DNA from: Myxococcales bacterium
Lineage (GTDB): Bacteria; Myxococcota; Myxococcia; Myxococcales; 40CM-4-68-19
DNA length: 44,068 nt
Direction of reading: 5' to 3'
NCBI GenBank assembly: GCA_035651935.1
Contig: DASREU010000189.1
Span: forward strand, 1 to 44,068
Of the stretch, positions 37,003 through 44,068 are shown one piece after another. A model generated the notes under the pieces. That model saw only the letters and a list, made by a program, of their open reading frames with translations. It had not been told where the DNA came from and made no database searches. The position numbers and the translations under genes were made by a program. The first letter of the stretch is position 1, and every line of letters starts with the position of its first letter.

Positions 37003-38862
37003 ATGACGAGCCGCGACCTCAGCGAATCCGACAGCCGCGCCGGGAGCATCGCCCGGCTGGCGGATGACGAGCCGACCGCCGAATCGGCGGCGCGCGCGGT
37101 GCTCGCGCGGCTCTGCGCCCGCGGCGGATGGGCCGCCGCGCGGCTCGAGCTGCGCAACGAGACGGAGCGCCGTCCGATCTGGCACGTCCGGCGGCGCCAG
37201 CCGATCGATCTGCTGCGCCGAGCCGCAGAGGAGCGCCGGCACGCCCCGACGTGGCTGGACGAGGAGCTGCGCGGACCGGGGTGGACCGAGGTCCCGCGGC
37301 CGGCCGGCGCCTCCTGGCTGTTCCCGCTCCGGGCCGAAGACCGGCTGATCGGCGCGGTCGAGGTGTTCGCCCGCGGCGAGGTGTCCGAAGACATGCTGCA
37401 GCGCACGCTGGCGTCGTGCGCGGAAGCGGCCCCGGTGCTCGCGCGCAAGCCCGCCGACGTGGGCCTCCTCGCCAGCGGCCTCGCCGATCCGCTCACCGGC
37501 CTCGCCAGCCGGCCGCTCTTCATGCAGCGGCTCGCCGCCGCCGTCGAGCGCGCGCGCCAGAGCGCCTCCACCGCGCTGGCGGTGATCGTGCTGAATCTCG
37601 ACCGCTTCAAGATGATCAACGGCAGCCTCGGCCATGCCGCCGGCGACGAGCTCCTGCGGGGGATGGCGCGCAGGCTGCGCCAGGCGCTGGGGAGCCGGCC
37701 GCTCGCGGCACGGCTGGCGGGCGACGAGTTCGGCATCCTCCTCGAGCGCGTCCACGATCCCGGCGCGGCGCTGCGCACCGCCGAGCGGGTGCAGCGCGCC
37801 GTCGGCGAACCATTCCGCCTCGGCGACCGGGAGCTCTACGTCACCGCCGCCGTCGGGGTGGCCTTCGGCGGCGAGAGCTGCCCCCGCGCCGAGGACCTGC
37901 TGCGGCAGGCGGACATCGCGGCCCGCCGCGCCAAGTCGGAAGGAGTGGGGCGGCAAGCGGTCTTCGAGAGCAGCATGCACGCGAGCGCGGTGGCGCAGCT
38001 GACGCTGGAGAACGAGCTGCGCGGCGCGATCGATCGGGAAGAGCTGGAGGTGCATTACCAGCCGATCGTCTCGCTGGCGGACGGCGACATCGTCGGCTTC
38101 GAGGCGCTGGCGCGCTGGAACCACCGCGAGCTGGGCTCGATCCCTCCCGTCCGCTTCATCCCGGCGGCCGAGGAGGCGGGCCTGATCGGAAGGCTCGGGA
38201 ACTTCGTCCTCCGCGAAGCCTGCGCAGGCATGCGCCTGTTGCAGATGTCCGCGCGCAGGCCGCTCTCCATGAGCGTCAATCTCTCCGCCTCCCAGCTCTT
38301 CGACGTGGCCCTGGTCGCGGACGTCGCGCGGATCCTGGGGAGCGCCGGCGTCGACCCCTCGGCGCTGCGTCTGGAGATCACCGAGAGCGTGCTGGTGGAG
38401 CAGCCGGATGCGGCGGCGGCGGTGCTGGAACGCCTGCGCGGCCTGAACCTGCGCATCTGCATGGACGACTTCGGCACCGGGTATTCGTCGCTCAGCTACC
38501 TGCATCGCCTGCCCGTGGACGTGCTCAAGATCGACCGCTCGTTCATCGTGGCGCTGGAGTCCGGAGACAAGCCACAGGGCATCGTCGCCGCGATCGTGGC
38601 GCTGGCGAAGAACCTGCGCGTCGAGCTGATCGCGGAGGGCGTGGAGACGCAGCAGCAAGCGGCGGTGCTGCAGCGGCTCGGCGTGCCGCAAGCGCAGGGA
38701 TACCGGTTCGCCCGCGCTCTGGAGCTGCAGAAGGCGGCGGCGCTGCTGCGCAGCTACGCGTCGAGCACGCGGCGCACTTCGCCGAGCAGTACGAACGGGC
38801 TGAACGGCTTCTGGATGAGCGGCGCCGGCGCGGATGCCCCCGACTCAGTTCCCAACGGGTAG
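37003..38862 (+). CDS. GGDEF(degenerate)-EAL protein, probable c-di-GMP phosphodiesterase with an N-terminal uncharacterised sensor region
   Basis: 619 aa. The GGDEF-domain A-site is AGDEF (RLAGDEFGILL) and lacks an RxxD I-site. EAL-domain motifs are intact: FEALARW, DDFGTGYSS, KIDRSF, EGVET, QGYRF. The 3' end overlaps the convergent kinase gene by 109 nt. Confidence 0.88.
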   Translation: MTSRDLSESDSRAGSIARLADDEPTAESAARAVLARLCARGGWAAARLELRNETERRPIWHVRRRQPIDLLRRAAEERRHAPTWLDEELRGPGWTEVPRPAGASWLFPLRAEDRLIGAVEVFARGEVSEDMLQRTLASCAEAAPVLARKPADVGLLASGLADPLTGLASRPLFMQRLAAAVERARQSASTALAVIVLNLDRFKMINGSLGHAAGDELLRGMARRLRQALGSRPLAARLAGDEFGILLERVHDPGAALRTAERVQRAVGEPFRLGDRELYVTAAVGVAFGGESCPRAEDLLRQADIAARRAKSEGVGRQAVFESSMHASAVAQLTLENELRGAIDREELEVHYQPIVSLADGDIVGFEALARWNHRELGSIPPVRFIPAAEEAGLIGRLGNFVLREACAGMRLLQMSARRPLSMSVNLSASQLFDVALVADVARILGSAGVDPSALRLEITESVLVEQPDAAAAVLERLRGLNLRICMDDFGTGYSSLSYLHRLPVDVLKIDRSFIVALESGDKPQGIVAAIVALAKNLRVELIAEGVETQQQAAVLQRLGVPQAQGYRFARALELQKAAALLRSYASSTRRTSPSSTNGLNGFWMSGAGADAPDSVPNG

Positions 38863-40640
38863 CCGCTCATGTACAGGACGCGGACCGACGGCTGCCTCTC
38901 GATCAGGCGCCGCGCCAGCTCCGGGCCGTCAGTCTTCGGCAGGCCCACGTCGGTGAGCAGCAGGTCGAGCCGGTGCCCTTCCGCGGCCCGCATTCCCTCT
39001 TCCGCGTCGGCCGCGTCGAGGACGTCGTATCCGTGCGCCGCAAGCATCCGGCGGACCATGGCGCGCAGCGCGTGCTCGTCCTCGACCACCAGGATCCGCT
39101 CGCCGCGTCCGCGCGCCGGAGCGCGGTCGACCGGGGCCGCGGCCGCCGGCGCGCCGTCCACGGCGGGAAAGAAGACGGCGACGACGGTTCCTTGCCCCAG
39201 CCGCGAGATGACGTCGACTCCGCCGCCCGCGCCGCCGGCGATGCCGTAGACCGTGGGCAGGCCGAGGCCGGTGCCCTTGCCGGGCCCCTTGGTGGTGAAG
39301 AACGGCTCGAAGAGCCGCCGCACCACCTCGTCGCTCATGCCGTCGCCGGTGTCCTCGACCTGGATCCGCACGTAGCGGCCCGGCCGCAGCTCGCCGCTGC
39401 GCACGCGCACGGGGGTGTTGAAGGTGACGTTCGCGGTCCGGACCGTCAGCCGTCCGCCGCGAGGCATCGCGTCCCGCGCGTTGACGGCGAGGTTGAGCAC
39501 CACCTGCGTCACCTGGTCGGGATGCGCGCGGGCCGTCCACAGGTCCTGGTGCGCATCCAGCTCGAAGCGGATGTTCTCTCCCAGCAGCCGGGAGACGAGC
39601 TTCTGCGCTTCGGTCACCACCGCGTTCAGGTCGATCAGCTGCGGTTCGCCGGGAGAGCGCCGGCTGAAGAGAAGGAGCTGGCGGGTGAGCTGCGCTCCGC
39701 GATCCGCGGCCTGGGCGATGCCGTCGATCTCCTGCTGCAGCGCGTGACCCGGCTGGAGCGCGCCGCGCAGGTAGTCGACGTGGGCGGAGATGACCGCGAG
39801 CAGGTTGCTGAAGTCGTGCGCGACGCCGCCGGCGAGGCGCCCGATCGCGTCCATCTTCTGCGATGCGCGGAGGCGGTCCTCCAGGTCGCGCCGCTGGCTC
39901 TCGCCCTGCTCGCGCGCGCTCACGTCGCGCGCCGACTGCACCCGCAGCGTGCGTCCCTGCTGGCGGAACTCGGTGAAGGTCACCTCGGCGGGAAACTCGC
40001 TGCCGTCCTTGCGGCGGTGCCGCTGCAGGACCGGCGAAGGGCCCGGCTTCCCTTCCGGATCGCCTCTGCGGAGCTCGGCGGCAGGAGTGCGCAAGAGCTC
40101 CTCGGCGGAGTACCCGTAGAGCTGCAGAGCCGCCTCGTTCGCCTCCACCACCATCCCGGAGTCGCTCTCGTAGAGGACCACCGCTTCGGGCGCCGCGTCG
40201 ATCAGGCGACGGTGGCGGACCTCGAATTCCATCAGGCGCTCGAGCAGGGCGTGCTGCTGGCGGCGCAGGTGGCTCTTCTCCATCGCGCTGTGGACCTTGA
40301 AGCTGAGCGCGGAGAAGTCGGCGATCGGCTTCGTCAGGTAGTCGAAGGCGCCGATCTGCACCGCCTCGATGGCGGACTCGATGCTGGCGTAGCCCGTGAT
40401 CAGGATCACCTCCAGCTCGGGCTGGAGCTGCTTGAGCTGGCGGGAGAGGGCGAGACCGGAATCCGCCCCGAGGTTCTTGTCCACCAGCGCCACCGAGAGG
40501 TCGCCCTGGCGGGCATGCTCGAGAGCCCCGGCTGCGCAATCGGCGGTGACGATCTCGCGGTCGGGATCGTCGAGGAGGCTGCTCAGCACCTCCACCACGA
40601 CCCGGTCGTCGTCGACCACCAGGATCCGGGGCTTGCCCAT
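38754..40640 (-). CDS. Hybrid sensor histidine kinase (REC-PAS-HisKA-HATPase_c-REC)
   Basis: This is the ATG at residue 20 of ORF 38754..40697 (628 aa). Elements in order:
- N-terminal receiver (RILVVDDD ... ALVDKNL ... LTKP)
- PAS
- H-box [12 protein letters not shown]
- N-box [10 protein letters not shown]
- G1 DTGDGM and G2 GTGLGL
- C-terminal receiver (RILVVEDE ... LLLTDVGLP ... IQKP). Confidence 0.88.
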   Translation of the reverse strand: MGKPRILVVDDDRVVVEVLSSLLDDPDREIVTADCAAGALEHARQGDLSVALVDKNLGADSGLALSRQLKQLQPELEVILITGYASIESAIEAVQIGAFDYLTKPIADFSALSFKVHSAMEKSHLRRQQHALLERLMEFEVRHRRLIDAAPEAVVLYESDSGMVVEANEAALQLYGYSAEELLRTPAAELRRGDPEGKPGPSPVLQRHRRKDGSEFPAEVTFTEFRQQGRTLRVQSARDVSAREQGESQRRDLEDRLRASQKMDAIGRLAGGVAHDFSNLLAVISAHVDYLRGALQPGHALQQEIDGIAQAADRGAQLTRQLLLFSRRSPGEPQLIDLNAVVTEAQKLVSRLLGENIRFELDAHQDLWTARAHPDQVTQVVLNLAVNARDAMPRGGRLTVRTANVTFNTPVRVRSGELRPGRYVRIQVEDTGDGMSDEVVRRLFEPFFTTKGPGKGTGLGLPTVYGIAGGAGGGVDVISRLGQGTVVAVFFPAVDGAPAAAAPVDRAPARGRGERILVVEDEHALRAMVRRMLAAHGYDVLDAADAEEGMRAAEGHRLDLLLTDVGLPKTDGPELARRLIERQPSVRVLYMSGYPLGTESGASAPAPLIQKPFSPFVLLGEVRRVLDA

Positions 40641-40733
40641 CACACCGCCTCTGAAAGTGCGCCAGCCACAGGATAAAGCGGCGCGCTCCTGCCCCAAAGA
40701 AGATGGTCCGCGGCAAGTCGGAAGAGCGGGTGG

Positions 40734-41462
40734 TCAAAGCGGGGCGATCAGCACACCATCGGTCTCCAGGCGGTCGCGGACCGCGCGCGCGATCCCGGTC
40801 GCTCCGGCCGTGTCCCCGTGCAAGCAGAGCGTGTCGGCGTCGATGCGCACCCGGGAACCGTCGGAGGCGACGGCGTATCCCTCGCGCGCGATCAGCGCGG
40901 CCTGCTCCGCGGCCTCCTTCGGGTCGCGCAGCACCGCTCCGGGCTCGGACCGAGGCATCAGCGTCGCATCGGGAAGGTAACGTCGATCCGCGAATGCCTC
41001 TCCGGCGGCGCGGAGTCCCGCGAGTCGTGCCGCTCCCAGCTGCACCGATCCGGCCAGCCCCACCACGATCAGATCGCCGCCGTAGGCCCGCACCGCCTCG
41101 GCGATCGCGGTCGCCACCGTCAGGTCGCGCGCCGCGCGGTTGTAGAGAGCGCCGTGCGCCTTCACGTGCGCGAGCCGGCCGCCGTGAGCGCGCACGAACC
41201 CGTCCAGCGCCGCCACCTGGTAGAGGACCAGGGCCCGCACTTCGTCGGGCGACAGGTCCACCGCCGCGCGCCCGAAGTTCTCCCGATCCGCGTATCCGGG
41301 ATGGGCCCCCACCTGCACCCGACGGGACAGCGCGAGCGAGACGACGCGATCCATGATCAGGGGGCTTCCCGCGTGCAGGCCGCAGGCGATGCTCGCCGAA
41401 GTGAGGAACGGGAGGAGGGGTCCGTCGTCCATCCCTTCTCCGACGTCCGCGTTCAGGTCCAT
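40734..41462 (-). CDS. pxpA: 5-oxoprolinase subunit A (LamB/YcsF family)
   Basis: This is the C-terminal 242 codons of ORF 40734..42389. Family motifs: MDLNADVGEG, SIACGLHAGSP, VGAHPGY, HVKAHGALYN. The start overlaps the upstream gene by 10 nt. Confidence 0.88.
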   Translation of the reverse strand: MDLNADVGEGMDDGPLLPFLTSASIACGLHAGSPLIMDRVVSLALSRRVQVGAHPGYADRENFGRAAVDLSPDEVRALVLYQVAALDGFVRAHGGRLAHVKAHGALYNRAARDLTVATAIAEAVRAYGGDLIVVGLAGSVQLGAARLAGLRAAGEAFADRRYLPDATLMPRSEPGAVLRDPKEAAEQAALIAREGYAVASDGSRVRIDADTLCLHGDTAGATGIARAVRDRLETDGVLIAPL

Positions 41463-42868
41463 CGCTCCTCCAGGAAGCGCACCGCGGTCCCCGGGCGTGC
41501 CTGCGCCAGCAAGGGGAAGTCCGCGGGGAGCACGGTGGCGATCTTCGCATATCCGCCGGTGACCGGGCGATCCGGTCCGAGGACGATCGGCATGCCGTCG
41601 CCCGGCACCTGCACGGCTCCCGGTGCGGTCCCCTCGGGCGGGATGTCGGAGCGCCGCGCGAGGGCCAGCGCGGGGCCTTGCAGGCGCAGGCCGCGCCGGT
41701 CGCTGCTCGGGGAGACGCGATAATACGAGTCGAAGAAGTCCTCGGGGCTGGCGAAGAACTCCCATTGCGGGCCGCGGCGCGCGCGCACATCCAGCAGCGG
41801 CTCGCCCCAGCGCAGCGGCAATCGGGGCGGCCGGGGGCTCCGGCGAGGGGCCGCGGTGGATCGGTGCAGCACCTCTCCGATCGCGATCGTCCGCGACGGC
41901 TCTCCCGGGAGCGGCTCGACAAAGCCGCCCTCCACGGCGAGATACGCCCGGGCGCCCCGGCGCACCGGGCCGGTGCGCAGCTCGTCGCCGCGGTGCAGGA
42001 GACGCACGTCCGTTCCCACCGCGACGCGGACGTCGCGGAGCGCGGCGAGGTCGGGTCCGGCGAGCGTGATCTCCAGGGCCGCCGCGGACGGGGCGTTGCC
42101 CACCGCCCGGTTCGCCGCGGCGAGGAGCGCGAGATCCATCGCGCCGCCCGCCGGAACGCCCGAGGAGGCGAGGCCGTACCGCGGGCTGCCCTGCACCGAG
42201 GTGAACGCGCCGGGCCCGATCACGCGGAAGAGCGGATCCCCGGCCGGTGGCGGTGAAGGTGTGGCGGCGGGCGGCTCGCGTAGCCGCGCCACGGGTTCGA
42301 ACACGACGCGATCGCCGGGCCGCAGGAGCGCCGGCGGATCCGTCGCGGGATCGAACATCCTCGCGGCGACGCGGCCGATCAGCCGCCATCCGCCCGGCGT
42401 GGCGGCCGGGTAGATGCCGGTGAATCCGTCCGCGATCGCCAGGCTGCCGGCGGGCACGCGCACCCGCGGCGTGTGCAGGCGCGGCACCGCGAAGCCGCCG
42501 GTCATGTACGCGAACCCGGGCGCGAAGCCGAGGAAGGAGACCACGTGCTCCGCCTCGACGTGGCGGCGCACCAGGTCGGCGGGCGCCAGGCCGAGCTCGC
42601 GCGCGACCTCGGCGAGATCCGGTCCGTCGTAGCAGGCCTCGATCCGGACGACGCGCGCGGGCGGCGCCGCGGCGCTGCGCGAGAGATCCAGGCGATCGAT
42701 GTCGAGGAGCGCCTCGTCGTAGAGCAGGAGCAGGGTGCAGGCGCCGGGAACGGCATCGAGCAGGCCCTCCGGCGGATCGTCGGCCAGCGCCGCCGCGAGC
42801 CCGAGCGCGCTCCGGCTGGGCAACGAGACGATCGCCGCGCCCTCGCAGAGCTTTCGCAGCTCAGGCAA
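41453..42868 (-). CDS. Fused 5-oxoprolinase subunits B and C (KipI/PxpB plus KipA/PxpC, allophanate hydrolase subunit 1+2 families)
   Basis: A single ORF. The PxpB-like half contains GFAPGFAYMTG and IYPAATPGGWRLIG. A Pro-rich linker follows (PPAATPSPPPAGDP). The PxpC-like half contains FTSVQGSPRYGLASSGVPAGGAMD and PVTGGYAKIATV. The start is uncertain: the TTG at 42868 overlaps the MFS stop by 8 nt, and the tracked start at 42931 would overlap it by 71 nt. Confidence 0.8.
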   Translation of the reverse strand: MPELRKLCEGAAIVSLPSRSALGLAAALADDPPEGLLDAVPGACTLLLLYDEALLDIDRLDLSRSAAAPPARVVRIEACYDGPDLAEVARELGLAPADLVRRHVEAEHVVSFLGFAPGFAYMTGGFAVPRLHTPRVRVPAGSLAIADGFTGIYPAATPGGWRLIGRVAARMFDPATDPPALLRPGDRVVFEPVARLREPPAATPSPPPAGDPLFRVIGPGAFTSVQGSPRYGLASSGVPAGGAMDLALLAAANRAVGNAPSAAALEITLAGPDLAALRDVRVAVGTDVRLLHRGDELRTGPVRRGARAYLAVEGGFVEPLPGEPSRTIAIGEVLHRSTAAPRRSPRPPRLPLRWGEPLLDVRARRGPQWEFFASPEDFFDSYYRVSPSSDRRGLRLQGPALALARRSDIPPEGTAPGAVQVPGDGMPIVLGPDRPVTGGYAKIATVLPADFPLLAQARPGTAVRFLEERWT

Positions 42869-44068
42869 TCGCGGCGAGCTCCCGGCCGCGCGTCTCCGGC
42901 AACAGGAGTGCGGCGACGAAGAGCACCGCATACGCGGAGGCGGCGAAGATGCCGATGGCGCGACCCAGCGGCATGGAGGCGGAGAGGAACCCGATCACGC
43001 TGGGGAACAGCGCTCCGACGCCGCGTCCGAAGTTGTAGCTGAACCCCTGGCCGGAGCCGCGGATCCGCGTCGGGAACAGCTCGGTGAAGAAGGCGCCCAT
43101 GCCGCTGAAGATCCCGCTGGCGAAGAACCCGAGAGGAAAGCCGAGCACCAGCATGGCGCGGTCGGAGATCGGCGCGAGCGTGTAGGTCAGCACCGTGACC
43201 ATCGAGCAGAGCGAGAAGAGATAGAAATTCTTCTTCCGGCCGAGCTGATCCGAGAGGTACGCGGAGACCAGGTACCCCGAGAACGAGCCGGCGATCACCA
43301 CGCCGAGATATGCGCCCGTGTTGAAGACCGAGAGGCCGCGCACGGTCTTGAGGTAGGTGGGAAGCCAGGTGGTGATCGCGTAGTAGCCGCCCTGCGCTCC
43401 CGTCGCGAGGAGGGCCGCGAGCGCGGTGGTCGGCGCGATCTCCGGAGCGAAGATCTCCCAGAAGCGGCCGGTGGCGCCGCTCTCCCGCGCGGCGCGGAAG
43501 ACCGCGGGCTCCTCGACGTTGCGGCGGATGTAGAAGACGAGGAGCGAGGGAAGGATTCCGGCGAGGAAGAGCACGCGCCAGGCGGTCTGTTCCGGAAGGA
43601 TGCTGAAGGCGACCGTGTAGAGGATCGCGGCGGCGCCCCATCCCAGCGCCCACCCGCTCTGGACCGCGCCGACCGCCTTGCCGCGGTGGCGCGCCGCGAT
43701 CACTTCGCCCATCAGCACTGCCCCGGCGGCCCACTCTCCGCCGAAGCCGAGCCCCATCAGCGCCCGGAAGGCGAGGAGTTGGCCGTAGCTTTGCGCGAGC
43801 CCGCAGAGTCCGGAGAAGACGGCGAACCAGAGGATGGTGATCTGCAGGGTGCGGACGCGCCCGATCCGGTCCGCGATCAGCCCCGCGAGCCAGCCTCCGA
43901 GAGCGGAGGCGAGCAGGGTGGTGGTCTGGAGCGTCCCCGCCTGCCCCTTCGTCAGGTGCCAGCCGGCGATCAGCGTCGGGATCACGAAGCTGTAGAACTG
44001 GAAGTCCATGCCGTCGAGCGCCCAGCCGCCGAAGCAGGCGCGGAAGGTGGCCCGCTCGCCTTTCGACA
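42861..44068 (-). CDS. MFS transporter; 5' end lies outside the window
   Basis: The frame is open to the window edge (SKGERATFRACFGGWALDGMDFQFYSF...). It has multiple TM helices. MFS loop motif: ADRIGRVRT. A further segment is GFGGEWAAGAVLMGE. Confidence 0.85.
   Translation of the reverse strand, partial: SKGERATFRACFGGWALDGMDFQFYSFVIPTLIAGWHLTKGQAGTLQTTTLLASALGGWLAGLIADRIGRVRTLQITILWFAVFSGLCGLAQSYGQLLAFRALMGLGFGGEWAAGAVLMGEVIAARHRGKAVGAVQSGWALGWGAAAILYTVAFSILPEQTAWRVLFLAGILPSLLVFYIRRNVEEPAVFRAARESGATGRFWEIFAPEIAPTTALAALLATGAQGGYYAITTWLPTYLKTVRGLSVFNTGAYLGVVIAGSFSGYLVSAYLSDQLGRKKNFYLFSLCSMVTVLTYTLAPISDRAMLVLGFPLGFFASGIFSGMGAFFTELFPTRIRGSGQGFSYNFGRGVGALFPSVIGFLSASMPLGRAIGIFAASAYAVLFVAALLLPETRGRELAAIA

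Noticed and set aside
34843-41922. Three very long overlapping ORFs: 34843..38691 minus (1282 aa), 37128..40676 plus (1182 aa) and 38929..41922 minus (997 aa)
   Set aside because: These are shadow frames of the GGDEF, GGDEF-EAL, hybrid kinase and pxp genes. They show low-complexity Arg/Gly/Ala/Asp/His-rich sequence and no catalytic motifs.

Overview
High-GC (about 70%) chromosomal segment. The likely source is a Myxococcota genome; this is inferred from a MYXO-CTERM sorting tag, FG-GAP and FecR proteins, and dense two-component and c-di-GMP signalling genes. I support 37 protein-coding genes and one tRNA-Gly(CCC).

The first half (1-22.8 kb) is ordinary core or housekeeping content:
- a translationally coupled ParC-like/ParE-like type IIA topoisomerase pair
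- small enzymes: VOC, SIMPL, type II haloacid dehalogenase, MBL-fold, aldo/keto reductase, amidohydrolase
- peptidases: M50, M24, and M17 PepA
- the conserved prfA-prmC-murA operon

A tRNA-Gly at 22.83 kb is followed by about 3.2 kb of visibly lower GC. This stretch encodes a class-III aminotransferase, a secreted SnoaL/DUF4440-like protein, and a cysteine-rich lipoprotein with two tandem knottin-like cysteine frameworks.

The most unusual region is 26.1-40.7 kb. It contains:
- an operon of an Ig-repeat/beta-barrel-like envelope protein, a HAMP histidine kinase, a minimal soluble histidine kinase, and a FecR-domain protein
- a divergent MYXO-CTERM giant surface protein whose ORF has no stop after the sorting tag and reads antisense through a second complete FecR-lipoprotein gene
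- a Cache-HAMP-GAF-GGDEF cyclase
- a degenerate-GGDEF/EAL protein
- a REC-PAS-HK-REC hybrid kinase

The window ends with a 5-oxoprolinase cluster (pxpA plus a fused pxpB-pxpC) and a truncated MFS transporter.

I found no CRISPR array, transposase, integrase, phage genes or recognisable defence system. The signalling/adhesin cluster is the best candidate for something new, but its functional coherence is inference only. Many long ORFs in the six-frame track are GC-driven shadow frames and were rejected.
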